Shown one piece after another: positions 25,815-38,995 of a DNA stretch of 63,483 nucleotides. The notes beneath the pieces were generated by a model. It worked only from the letters and a program-made list of their open reading frames with translations. It did no database searches and was not told the origin of the DNA. Both the position numbers and the translations under genes were made by a program. Numbering within the stretch: the stretch's first letter is position 1; each line of letters opens with the position of its first letter. Origin of the DNA: Octopus bimaculoides (lineage: Eukaryota); assembly GCF_001194135.2 (NCBI RefSeq), contig NC_068995.1:17794475-17857957 (forward strand). The letters run 5' to 3'.

Positions 25815-26585
25815 CTTCAATCTCACCTCGCTTCATTTGACATCAATCCCAAACGGATTACCACTCACCCTCTCTACCTACACACCAACATAATCCCCAC
25901 CTCGGTATCCTCACTCACACGCTCTACTATGCATACACCCATACACACTGTTCCACTCATCACTCACTTCACACACACATTACACACACATACCATTATA
26001 CACGCCTACAACACCTTCCCACTCACACACAGTTTTCAGCACCTCCTACACACACAATCTTCAATAGCGTTACCACACAAACCATTCTGTTTAACTCAGT
26101 ACACATCCCAAACACCGTCATGCACATTATCAAACACACACAAGCACATATTACCTGAACACAGATAATATATACTCACACGCACACAGAGGCACATAAC
26201 ACCTGAACACAGACAATACATACACATACACACACATGCAACACACATAGACAAAAATGATTTTTGCCCACGTACATACAATAGACACACACACATACAC
26301 ATATACCCTCATACATGTACACTCACCACACACGTTACATACCCACATACACCCGCATTCACTCACCCCCATTCACACATACACACTTACATGCTCACAC
26401 ACACCATTGTCACAGATATACACTCGCTTCCGCACTTCCTGTTGTTGGATTCAATATGAATTATCTCCCCTTTCTTTAGCATTATCTCCCTTTAATTCAA
26501 CCTCTTTTTTTGCAATCATCCCTTTGTTGGATCACTGAACCTAACAGGTTTTTCTTAGTCTCTCTCTATTTTTTTCCTCTTATTC

Positions 26586-26621
26586 ATTTCTGTCGAAGAG
26601 CGTAGGCTCGAAACGTAAAAT
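26586..26621 (+). ncRNA. Minimal type I hammerhead ribozyme-like motif with a variant core
   Basis: ATTT-CTGTCGA-A-GAGC(GTAG)GCTC-GAAAC-GTA-AAAT: 4-bp stem I, perfect 4-bp stem II, GAAA, ACGT palindrome, GUA triplet. The core has A6>U relative to CUGANGA. Confidence 0.6.
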
Positions 26622-28983
26622 ACTTTTCCATTTTACCCGATCGTCCATTAAATACATTTGCTTGTTATTCCTATAACTGTCTTCGCCTCTGTTTTTCTAT
26701 GAATTTTGACTATACACCACCCGCACTCATATACACATACATACACAACATACACACACACTCACTAACACACACACATACACACACACACGCACACACG
26801 CACACACACACACACATGTATATATATATANNNNNNNNNNNNNNNNNNNNNNNNNNNNNNNNNNNNNNNNNNNNNNNNNNNNNNNNNNNNNNNNNNNNNN
26901 NNNNNNNNNNNNNNNNNNNNNNNNNNNNNNNNNNNNNNNNNNNNNNNNNNNNNNNNNNNNNNNNNNNNNNNNNNNNNNNNNNNNNNNNNNNNNNNNNNNN
27001 NNNNNNNNNNNNNNNNNNNNNNNNNNNNNNNNNNNNNNNNNNNNNNNNNNNNNNNNNNNNNNNNNNNNNNNNNNNNNNNNNNNNNNNNNNNNNNNNNNNN
27101 NNNNNNNNNNNNNNNNNNNNNNNNNNNNNNNNNNNNNNNNNNNNNNNNNNNNNNNNNNNNNNNNNNNNNNNNNNNNNNNNNNNNNNNNNNNNNNNNNNNN
27201 NNNNNNNNNNNNNNNNNNNNNNNNNNNNNNNNNNNNNNNNNNNNNNNNNNNNNNNNNNNNNNNNNNNNNNNNNNNNNNNNNNNNNNNNNNNNNNNNNNNN
27301 NNNNNNNNNNNNNNNNNTTCTTTATCTTATATTGGAGCAGGAAACAAAACAAATGTGAATATAATAATCTTTATCGATATAAGACGTCTGTATAAACTGT
27401 TTTCCTATTTTACCCTTTACTCCTCCCTCCACATTCTTTCTCTCGCTCTCATTCTCTCTCTCTCTCTCTCTCTCTCCCTCTCTCTCTGTCTCTCTGTCTT
27501 TCTCTCTCTCTCTCTCATATTCTCTCTCTCAGACACACACATATGCACCCGTACACAAACAAACACACTTACATAAATATATTTACGCAATGTTCTCTAC
27601 GTATAAACATCCGAATAGCGAATAAAATATTTCCACTTTCTCTTTCCTTGTTAATAGTGAATTGATAAATATAAAAAAAAAAAAAAAACGAGAGTGAAAC
27701 CAGAAAAAAAATATTTCGCACGCCTGAGGGTGGACTGTGTCAGAAAGTAAAGAAACTGTGTTGTCTCATGTTCGAATGTAATAGATGGTATCGGGTTTAC
27801 TGAACAGAGCCCTTAGGTTGCGTAAAACAAAATATATTTCCAAATAACCCTTCCAGGTTCAGAGGGGATATTTAGACACTTTTACAGAACACTGGTAGCT
27901 GCTCAGCAACAATTTAGTAAACTTTGAACGACACATTATGAAATATCTATCAGATAATATATATATAAATATATATATATGTATATATGTATATATANNN
28001 NNNNNNNNNNNNNNNNNNNNNNNNNNNNNNNNNNNNNNNNNNNNNNNNNNNNNNNNNNNNNNNNNNNNNNNNNNNNNNNNNNNNNNNNNNNNNNNNNNNN
28101 NNNNNNNNNNNNNNNNNNNNNNNNNNNNNNNNNNNNNNNNNNNNNNNNNNNNNNNNNNNNNNNNNNNNNNNNNNNNNNNNNNNNNNNNNNNNNNNNNNNN
28201 NNNNNNNNNNNNNNNNNNNNNNNNNNNNNNNNNNNNNNNNNNNNNNNNNNNNNNNNNNNNNNNNNNNNNNNNNNNNNNNNNNNNNNNNNNNNNNNNNNNN
28301 NNNNNNNNNNNNNNNNNNNNNNNNNNNNNNNNNNNNNNNNNNNNNNNNNNNNNNNNNNNNNNNNNNNNNNNNNNNNNNNNNNNNNNNNNNNNNNNNNNNN
28401 NNNNNNNNNNNNNNNNNNNNNNNNNNNNNNNNNNNNNNNNNNNNNNNNNNNNNNNNNNNNNNNNNNNNNNNNNNNNNNNNNNNNNNNNNNNNNNNNNNNN
28501 NNNNNNNNNNNNNNNNNNNNNNNNNNNNNNNNNNNNNNNNNNNNNNNNNNNNNNNNNNNNNNNNNNNNNNNNNNNNNNNNNNNNNNNNNNNNNNNNNNNN
28601 NNNNNNNNNNNNNNNNNNNNNNNNNNNNNNNNNNNNNNNNNNNNNNNNNNNNNNNNNNNNNNNNNNNNNNNNNNNNNNNNNNNNNNNNNNNNNNNNNNNN
28701 NNNNNNNNNNNNNNNNNNNNNNNNNNNNNNNNNNNNNNNNNNNNNNNNNNNNNNNNNNNNNNNNNNNNNNNNNNNNNNNNNNNNNNNNNNNNNNNNNNNN
28801 NNNNNNNNNNNNNNNNNNNNNNNNNNNNNNNNNNNNNNNNNNNNNNNNNNNNNNNNNNNNNNNNNNNNNNNNNNNNNNNNNNNNNNNNNNGCATATTTAT
28901 GCGTGTGCATGTTATTTACAGGAAGAGAGTCACATAGATGTATATATACACATAAAGACATATTACGACAGAGAGGGAGTAAA

Positions 28984-29020
<37 letters not shown>

Positions 29021-29695
29021 TAGAGAGAGAGAGCGGGGGAGAGTCAAATGTAATTCTAGTTATTCTTTCGTTTATTTTGATCATACCACAGCGTTTATGC
29101 TGGAGTCCCACGATCGAATAGAATCCAGTACATATTTTCAAGTTTGCTTCCTATATTATGGGGTGCAGCTCAGTTAAGTTCATGCAGTTTAAGGAAAACT
29201 AGTTGCGTCGCTCTAGACATCATAAGAAGCTCTAAGACAGATGTATAACCATTCACGCTCAGCTACGTACATATATATGTGTCTGTGTATGTGTCTCTGT
29301 GTGTGTATGTGTGTGTGTATGTGTGTGTGTCTGTGTGTGTGTGCGTGTGTGTGCGCGCGTGAGAAAGAAAGTATTCTTGTGTAACAAGTGTGCACGCAAA
29401 CGTATGGTTTGCAAGTCATTACTGGCCATCGGGATATGTAGTCCACATTTGACGAAGGACCTTGCGTTGGAACAGAACACGAAGCCAAGTATTCATTAAG
29501 TGAAATTTGTAGACGTCCAGGCATGGTTCCTTGTTATTATTATTAAGAAATAGGTAATGGTTATTGCTTATATTATGAAAGTATTCTTACGTTTTTCACC
29601 ACAACTGTATCATGTTGGTATGCATGCTAACAACCATATAAGTTCATCAGAGTCGGGAATTGTTTCGACTGGAAGTATGAGTACATCTACATATG

Positions 29696-29792
<97 letters not shown>

Positions 29793-29854
29793 TTNNNNNN
29801 NNNNNNNNNNNNNNNNNNNNTGTGTATATATATACGTATATGTGTATATATGTG

Positions 29855-29896
<42 letters not shown>

Positions 29897-30050
29897 GTTT
29901 TTTTTTAAAATTTGTTTGCATTATGTTTTTAATGTGGATACTACGAAACACACAAACGCTCCTACATACATACACGCAAGTAACATATATAGGTGTATAC
30001 ACATACATACATACATACATACATACATACATACATACGTGCATACATAC

Positions 30051-30094
<44 letters not shown>

Positions 30095-30331
30095 ATCTAC
30101 ATATTTCACTTATATACGCCAGTGTATCCAGGTTTCGTAATTTTTGTTGATTGCGGAATATATTGTCATAAAAATTACATATTAATAGTACTAGTCTCTT
30201 CCCACGCATCCTCATCCACACTGCTACCACCCACAAATATGAAACCACATCTAGAATAACTACATTTTTTCTTTATAGAAATATTTGTTTTTTCTAAGTT
30301 GATTTTTCAATATATATATACAGATATACAC

Positions 30332-30367
<36 letters not shown>

Positions 30368-32545
30368 NNNNNNNNNNNNNNNNNNNNNNNNNNNNNNNNN
30401 NNNNNNNNNNNNNNNNNNNNNNNNNNNNNNNNNNNNNNNNNNNNNNNNNNNNNNNNNNNNNNNNNNNNNNNNNNNNNNNNNNNNNNNNNNNNNNNNNNNN
30501 NNNNNNNNNNNNNNNNNNNNNNNNNNNNNNNNNNNNNNNNNNNNNNNNNNNNNNNNNNNNNNNNNNNNNNNNNNNNNNNNNNNNNNNNNNNNNNNNNNNN
30601 NNNNNNNNNNNNNNNNNNNNNNNNNNNNNNNNNNNNNNNNNNNNNNNNNNNNNNNNNNNNNNNNNNNNNNNNNNNNNNNNNNNNNNNNNNNNNNNNNNNN
30701 NNNNNNNNNNNNNNNNNNNNNNNNNNNNNNNNNNNNNNNNNNNNNNNNNNNNNNNNNNNNNNNNNNNNNNNNNNNNNNNNNNNNNNNNNNNNNNNNNNNN
30801 NNNNNNNNNNNNNNNNNNNNNNNNNNNNNNNNNNNNNNNNNNNATATATATATATATATATATACTATCTAATACACACAGACACACACACATGTCCTAT
30901 ATTTGTAACTATTTTTGTGCGTATGCATACATATATGTATATGTATGGTGTGTTACTTGATGGGTTGTATTTTCGACAAAAAAGAATTAAAAGAATTATA
31001 CTAAATTATTGGATATTTGTAGGTAGTAGTGATCAATTAAAATAAAAATATAAATAAAGTACCTATATATTCTACTGAGTTTGTTTTCTGTAATATTTTG
31101 TCCTTTACGTATGTACGTGTATGTCTGTAAATATTGAAATATTCATGCACACACGCACACAAACGCACACAAACATATAGATTATGCGTGTGTTTTCCGA
31201 TAATATTTTGCTAAAATATTATTTTACGACTGATAATTGAGCGCGGATATGTAATTGTGTTAGTTCAAATAAATAAATACATGACATATGTGAACTGAAT
31301 TCAAATTTAACAGCAATTGAAATTGTTTGGAATTACGACGACATTTTCTGCTGTTTATATTTATCAATATGAAGTACTACAAATCTTTCCTGACGTGAAG
31401 TTTGAACTCTCAGATATCCGTGACTAAAAGAAATCTCTTCTTCAACCGAATCCACTACGCCTTTTCAAATAGAAGAAGGGCTGCTATACTCGAAATTTAT
31501 TCTATAGGAACAGGATCGGTATTTGATATGTGTATATTGAAATATGTCACGGCACAAATGCTTTTATATCATAAATTCCTTTATATTGCGCAGTATTTTA
31601 AATCTACCCAAATAAAACACACACAGACATACACACACTCACACATACATGTATACATACACAATTACATATATATATTAGTGTGTACTTACAAATAGCC
31701 TACATTTAAAATAACTTGTGTATATGCTCAACGTATTTCTAAATGTATTCTTCGGCACTGTGTATTCTAATGATTCACTTAATTCCTCTCTCTACCTTCA
31801 AGTTATTTCTCTGTATCGGAAATAGAAATTTCCTAATAATGTCTCTTCCGCTATGATATACTTTCAATCTATCAAGATTGTAACACATCGTTACGCACAC
31901 TGTATACACACAGATTTGACTGGGAAATAAGTAATCATAGTTTCAAATTTATTACGTGGATGATTATATTGCAAAAGTTTACGAAGATGGCAATAAATTA
32001 GAATTGAGCAACGAGAATACTAATCTCGTGGGTTACTTAAGATAATCTTTTGATTTAGTTTTAGATACTCATGACAAAGGCATATTAAAGAAGATTAATA
32101 TTAATTATATATATATCTCACATGACATTGGTTAAGTAACTAATTTATAGGTAGCTGCTGATATTGCCATTTCTGTATAATCAATTTAGCTTTTAGTATA
32201 AATCGCTTGGTGTAATTTTAAAAGTTGTACTAAGCCGTCATCCTATTTAATACCACCACCAGGCCCCTGTGTTTTCATTCGTGGAATATAGTCCCTTGCA
32301 GGCATTTGGATTATATCCCCGATCTGATGGCAATGCCTTTGCTGTAATTTTTTCTTCATCGGTTTCCCACACGTCTCTAACGCATTGTAAAAGTTTCATT
32401 GCTATATATCAATAAAAAATACTAGTAATAGTAGTTACAATATTAACAGCAATTCAACAAAAAAATAACAAGAAAATAAAATAGCAGCAATTCAACAACA
32501 ATAAAAATAATGAAGAGACTACAACTAATAGTGCCTTTATTTTGG

Positions 32546-32655
32546 TTACGTATATTCTTGGTTGTGTTTGGCCCTACCCACAATTTTCCAAATTAATTCC
32601 TTCCTCTCTTACGTATATGCTTGGTTGTCTTTGGCCCGACTTACAATTTTCCAAA
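32546..32655. repeat. Diverged 47-bp direct repeat, period 63 bp
   Basis: TTACGTATATTCTTGGTTGTGTTTGGCCCTACCCACAATTTTCCAAA versus TTACGTATATGCTTGGTTGTCTTTGGCCCGACTTACAATTTTCCAAA. Confidence 0.85.
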
Positions 32656-34704
32656 CTTTTTATTGTTTAGTAGTGCAAATGTTCGCCTCGTGGGTATGCA
32701 AGAAATGGCTTTCATAATAAAAAAAAAAATGTGATTCAGAAAGGAAAATATAGAAGGAATTCTTATAACTGCGTGTAACAGTAGATATACTTAGATGTGA
32801 ACTGTTGTTAAAAAGAAAACGACGATACTAATTCGGTATTACTTATATTTGTATCTCTTGCGATAAGAAATATTTAGACGAAGCAAAGGACAAATAGATA
32901 TTCAGCATTAATTTGATTTGATGGAGACACAAATACACAAATTAACGCTTGCATGATAGATGGATTATAATTGGCACTCCGACGCATCAGTACTTACACT
33001 ATTCTACTTGTCTTTGATGCATCCATCATTCTTCACTTAACGACTTGCTTGTGCTTTTTCTCTCAAATCGGTTAATCCTCCATATGTGATACCGCTTATA
33101 GTGATAGTTGATGCGATGAAAAATATCATATATCTTAATTTCCATTATAATGGCATATGAAATTAAAATGTTCACTGTCACACATGATACTTCTAGGAAC
33201 TCCATACAAATAATACAACTAAACATTAAATTTCATTCATAAACCTTTCTCTATAGATTCACAAAATACGTTATGTTTAAACAAGTAATTTAAAAGAAAT
33301 ATGCAACTATCAAAAAAGTTCCAATCACACAGAAAAATGCAGTTAGTCTGAACACAACATGCCAGACCCACCGTAAAACGAAGCCATATGACTACTTGGC
33401 AACGAGTCCCTGATCAATACATTCCAAACTTTCACCTACATATCTGCCGTCATTTTGTACTCTGTAATCGATGTTAAAACCACAATAACGTTTATGAAGA
33501 TTCATTTCACGGCAACATTCTCCAATCACAACAGATACATATTGTTTATACTGCTAACACTCCTAACTACAGTTAGTTAGCCTATAGTAACACGATAGAA
33601 TTCTTCTGCTCGTGTGGTAGTGAAGCTCGAAATCAAACTTCTAGCTGTTTCCGGCGTATTTATTATTATTATATTTGTTCATTTAGTGCATTTATGGACA
33701 TAACGCAATGTGCCTTTCTCTGTATGGCATAACAAAACAGCAAGAACATTATCAAGACAAGTAACTAAATACCATGTGTCACCTCGTCTAGTATTTTCCA
33801 AAGGAAGTGATTAATAACCGAAATCACCGATTGTCTTTCGTATTGGCAAAAATAAATCTATGAATGTACAACAATATCTGTTTCAACACCAAATTTCAGA
33901 TAAAAGCGTTCAGAAACATTATAATTATTATTATACGATATCATGTTCCCATTGCTGTAATCTTTCTTACTCATATTTTCATGATAAAATGAACGTCGTC
34001 ATGGTTATCTCTAGTTCAATGATGTTTATTGTAATGACAGCGCTGATACTGAGACAAAAATCATGAAACTAATGATAATTATTCTGAAGATTTTGATGAT
34101 TATGATAATCAAAACTTATTCTTTATATTTATTAGAACTTTTGCCAAATCTCTCTGATGATTTTTAATGTTATTTTGCTTGACTGGTGTAGAGAAAAAGA
34201 AGAAAAAAAAAGAAACAAGACATCTATATCTGATATTCGCAAACATACGCATAATATATATTTCCATATACTTGATAAACTGTCATATATATATTTTTTG
34301 AAGTATTTTAAAGCATTTTATATTCTATATAATAATGTACATTTTAATATTTCTCGCACATACAATCGTTATTAAATGGAATCTCGTACTATCGTCTTTC
34401 CTTCTATATTATGGGCTTGCTCACAATTCTAAAAATAATATTTATTAAATTCTCTAGATATTAAAATAAGTTGTTGCTGTTTCTTCAGCTTTTAATTTCT
34501 ATTTCTATGGTTATTTAATGATCTCCAGTGACTTTTTGTAACCACTAGCTTTCAATCAATATTTATATCTCTTCACATGTGTCGTAGAGAATTTTTAGGC
34601 CAAGTAATTAAAAATTAGAATTGAGTATTACGTACAGTACGTATTAGCTTTTAGATAATACTAGCTATGCACTTATGTCCATTTATTCGTCTATAAATTT
34701 AGAA

Positions 34705-36343
34705 CAGTAGTTCCCAAAGTGGGCACTACTGCCCCCCCCCCCCCGTCACGGACGTGAATATTCTTTCCTACGAGATTTCCGGACCCCAGTTATGAACTTA
34801 TTTGCGTACAGCCAATCAGAGCTCAACTATCAAAATAGTGTCGAAAATGCATATTCACGAAAATACTCTGGTTGAGTTGAGTGGAAAATGTGCATTATAG
34901 CAAAATCTAACAGTCCTAAATGGGTTAACGGGGTTTACAAATGTGAAATTTAGTGTATTAAGTGAAAGGAAAGTTGCTCACCAATGATGCTATCAGCGTT
35001 ACCAATTTGCGTAATCTACTAGAAAATGTAAATGAGTGTATTTTCCTAATGTTTTGACTGATTTCGTACTTTCCTAATTTAAAATGTTGATGTTGATCTG
35101 GAAACATCGTAATCAATATGGCGTTGTATCGTATTGCGCCCTTTTTGCATATATCAATGAGTACATGCAGAATCGCTAATCTCAATCTGAGTATAGGTAG
35201 CTAATGTCAACTCCATATAGAGATGGTGCTCAATTGATCTATTAGCTTTATTACGGGCATATAGTCCTTACAAAGAATGGACACCAGAAGGACAGACAAC
35301 AAAAAAACGTGGGGTACAGATAACGAATGATGAGCATCTAATGTGGTATTTATAATGAGAAGATGTAATGGCTTCCGAGCCCCCCAAATCTCGCAGTTCC
35401 AATTGATCTATAAAGATGGTAGGTGGGATGTGGTGCTTATGTGAAACTTGCTCAGCGGTACTCACAGAGTGGCATACACCATTGTATACCTGACTGTCTG
35501 TACTGTAGTGGTACACAATATGTGGATTTTCAAGGTTAGCTCTGATTGGCTGTATACAAATGAGTTCATTACTGTACTCCAGAACTTTAGTGGGAAAAGG
35601 TCTGTTGCCCCGGACGTGATATTTTTTCCCACGAAAAACCAATGAACTCATTTGCATACAGCCAATCAGAGCTCACCTTGATCTTGTTATCAAGTTAACA
35701 AACACACTGTAGTAAGTAAACTAAGGACGAAGAACGGTGTTGTCGACCGATCGCCAATTTATGCCTGATTTTAGAGGGAGACAAGTAATTAGATAGATTT
35801 AGATCTATACCTATTATCGGATTTTGTTAGGGCAACATATGGTAAAATGTGGATGGAAAAAATGACGGTACAGGGTGATTTGCAAGCAACCCTCTCCTCT
35901 TACTGTTGTACAAAGTAAACAACAACACAAATAACAACGCAGAGGCAGCAATGGTTAAAACAAGATCAAGAACAACACGCATTATTAAAAGAGAAAAGAA
36001 GCATGGTCATTCCTTATTCAAGTGAACTTAACTTATCTTCCATCGCTTGTGATGCGCTCATAAATTAGTTTCATAGTTGAGCTCTGATTAGCTGTATGCA
36101 AATGAGTTCATAAGTGGGGTCCAGAATTCTCGTGGGAAAAAAAAAAATTTCGCACACCGGAGGATGTATGTAAAAACAACAAAATAATGGGTTAATTAGG
36201 TTAAGTTTTATTTGGGAAATACAGTTTTGTCATACTTCATTCAGAAAGCTGTCTATGTCGGTGGTGATGAGTGGAGCAGAGATCATTAGGAATGTGAACA
36301 GGGGCCCAAGGGGCGGCAGTCCGAAAAGTTATAGGTACCACTG
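34705..36343. mobile_element. hAT-type non-autonomous DNA transposon (about 1.64 kb)
   Basis: Left end CAGTAGTTCCCAA; right end reverse complement CAGTGGTACCTA, matching CAGTGGTTCCCAA-type hAT termini. 8-bp flanks ATTTAGAA and CTTTCGAA (6/8 match, NTCTAGAN-like). GC-rich subterminal tracts. Confidence 0.65.
34792..36111. promoter_or_regulatory. Four copies of a 33-bp octamer + CCAAT module (ATGAACTCATTTGCATACAGCCAATCAGAGCTC) at 34792-34824(+), 35537-35569(-), 35642-35674(+), 36079-36111(-)
   Basis: The repeats are seen directly. ATTTGCAT is the POU octamer and AGCCAATCAG matches the NF-Y consensus. Function is untested. Confidence 0.5.
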
Positions 36344-36619
36344 CTTTCGAACATAAAGCTCGTGGTCTGATTCATTCATATTTTCTAATTAGACACAGCT
36401 CCTGTGCTGATTTACATTCTTTCAAGGCCATATAACTTTTTATCTATTTATTGTCCTGCAGGTTTTAGGTATTATACTGAGGCCATACTCAGGCGTGGAT
36501 GTCATGGTTTAAGTGAATAAAGAGTATGAATTTGGTAACTTTTCTCAGTTCACCCGTTTGCCAAGCTTCTATGGAATAGAGAGAAGAAAGGAATAAAGGC
36601 CAGGTGTGTAAGTGAATAA

Positions 36620-36880
36620 AGACCAGATGTTAGGGGTGTTGTGGTCGCAGAAATTGTCTGACAGCCATGACCGGGTTCACCTGCTTGTGTGGCATGGTGC
36701 AGAGTCCTGTTGCCAGACATAGGGTCTTGACTCAGGGTAGCACTACCTCCTCCAGACACTTGATGTTGGCCTCCGTGTTGAGTCTGAGGCCGTGTGAGAT
36801 GGAGGTAGGCATAACGTCGCCATCACTAGTGATCACTTTCACTTGAGTGGATGTTTGATTTTTATCACTTTCGGTACATG
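36620..36880 (-). pseudogene. Tc1/mariner (maT/DD37D-like) transposase catalytic-domain fragment
   Basis: Manual translation: VPKVIKIKHP...VITSDGDVMPTSISHGLRLNTEANIKCLEEVVLP*VK / PYVWQQDSAPCHTSR*TRSWLSDNFCDHNTPNIW. The QQD.APCH motif around the second catalytic Asp is present. Stops and frameshifts. Confidence 0.85.
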
Positions 36881-37099
36881 TCATCAGATTGCACTATCCT
36901 CAGATTGACACCCAAACACTCTTAAACGTTCGTATTGGGGCTTCCGTATTGCCAGAAAATAGAAGTACAAAATGAATAGGTAAGGGCTGGAGAAACAAGC
37001 TTTAACAGGAGACAGGGCTTAAAAGCCCTTACCATTTGTGTAAACTGTCCTGTTTTTGTTACCAACTGGGACGTTCCGCAAATCCCAACTTTTATTTAA

Positions 37100-37327
37100 T
37101 TTGCTTTTCGAGAGCGACTGTTTTGACGAAGACGTATCTTGTCCTAACCCTCGAAATGCGGAGTAGATAAAACAGTGGACAACTGATGAAGGGATTGTTC
37201 TTTATGATGCCTGTCTCGTTTTTCTATTTGTTTCATTCGTTATTCAAAAAAAGTTCGTTTTCTATGTTTTTGTATTTTCATGTTCTCGTTTTTCATGTTG
37301 TTTACATTTTTTGACGTCCTGTACCCA
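37100..37327 (+). mobile_element. Probable Penelope-like terminal repeat fragment with a degenerate hammerhead-like motif (37117-37176)
   Basis: ACTGTTT-TGACGA...CTC-GAAAT...ATA-AAACAGT: 7-bp stem I with C3 missing. T-rich tail ending at a (TA)-rich tract. Confidence 0.4.
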
Positions 37328-37383
37328 TATATGCAAATCTATATACATATATATGGAATTATGTACATGTTTGTATGCATAAA

Positions 37384-37417
<34 letters not shown>

Positions 37418-38431
37418 NNNNNNNNNNNNNNNNNNNNNNNNNNNNNNNNNNNNNNNNNNNNNNNNNNNNAAAGGGAGAGAGACAATGATAGATAGACAGA
37501 TAGACAGATGATATCTAAATTTTATACACATACAAAAAAAAAAATATGCATTCATGCATATATGTATGTATTTATACATTTTCTTCTCTGTGTCACTATG
37601 TGTAGTCTCCGCTCTTTGTACCATCGTGCCTGAAGCTATCGCTTCGATCGTTTTATTTTCTATTTGACTCCGTTTGCAATTTTTCCAGCAACCCCTATCA
37701 TTTCCCCACATGTATTCTTTTCCATAGTTGTCGTTCTATTTCACACATTCTCGTTTCTTCCACCGCAACTTAAATACAATGCTGGCATCTCTGGAATGAA
37801 CTATTTTGTCACATTTGCCGTAATTGTATTCGGCAATTCATGAACGGATCAAAATTCTGCTCCTGTGTTTGTTCTTTGACTTGGTTTTGCCAGTAAATTT
37901 CTTTTTGTTCTGCATTACCTCCTTTGATGATGAAACTTATATTTTATTAGTTAAGAACTGAAGCGTATGGAACATTTTTTTCTCCGATCTTTTTATCTAT
38001 GTCATTGTGAATTTGGATAACAAAATATAGCTGGTTCTATATAGCAAATTTTTCACATGGATTTCGCATATTTATGCAATATTCCTCCACAATGCCCTGA
38101 TCAAACATCTATTCGTGTAAAATGACATTTATGCGTTTATAGTAAGACTCAATTTCCGAAAAAGGGCAAAGAAGCATTAGATTTTTACCAGCATCGAATC
38201 TACTTCAAAAGATAGTATACTTAATAACTTTGATGACCTTGCGAATATTCCTTTGCAGCATCTAGAATCATTGTTAACAGAATCAAATAAGTATATTCTA
38301 GTACAAGACGCCGAGTAATACAAGTGCCAGCAAAACGTATTTAGTGGTAACAATAATGTGTTCCAATAAGATTTGTCTGCATTAACACATTTCACAAACA
38401 GTTTATAAAAGCTCAAAATGATGAGATATAT

Positions 38432-38582
38432 ACGTGCGGTAAGTAGGTTGCTTCTGGGGTCAGTCCCACTGCTTGACACCTTAGTCAACTGTCTTCTACT
38501 AATGCTTCAGGCTGACCAAAGCATTGAGCTTGAATATGGTTGACGTATGTATAAAGAAGCCCGTGGTGCACACACACACACA

Positions 38583-38617
<35 letters not shown>

Positions 38618-38995
38618 ACACACACACACACACACACACGATGGGAAGCATGCTTCTTATCACACAAACACTCTTGCCACTCATATATCTGTCATTTACT
38701 TTGAGCTTCTATAAACTGTTTGTGAAATGCATTAATGTATATATATTATATATATATATTAATGTATGTATACTTAAGTTTGTGTGCCTCACTGTTTTTC
38801 CCCATCATCGCTTGACAATGGTTAATTGTTTGTTTACGTTTCCGTAACTTAGCAGTTCGGGATAAGTGTCCAATATAATAAGAACCAGGTTTAAAAAACG
38901 AATAATTACTGGTGTTCATTCATTCGACTAAAAGTTCTTCAAGACGGTGCCCCAGCATGGCCGCACATTAATGACTGAAACATAGATAAGATTAA
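38432..38995 (+). mobile_element. tRNA-derived SINE family 1, interrupted copy
   Basis: Head/body 38432-38568 and tail 38780-38995 match the other copies. The centre holds (CA)n and an inverted duplication (38641-38738). Confidence 0.8.

Larger units (their letters stand above)
25516..26710 (+). mobile_element. 5'-truncated Penelope-like element: GIY-YIG remnant, C/A-rich 3' region, terminal repeat with a hammerhead motif
   Basis: Endonuclease remnant at 25516-25814, hammerhead-like motif at 26586-26621, (TA)n on the 5' flank. Confidence 0.8.

Noticed and set aside
29449-29482. TTGACGAAGGACC...GGAACAGAAC, hammerhead-like
   Set aside because: GAAA is absent and stem II is mismatched; too degenerate to support.
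34958-35260. hAT dimerisation-domain remnant inside the hAT-like element
   Set aside because: Only a faint resemblance (LRLAI...IDI) across frameshifts; not supportable without a profile search.
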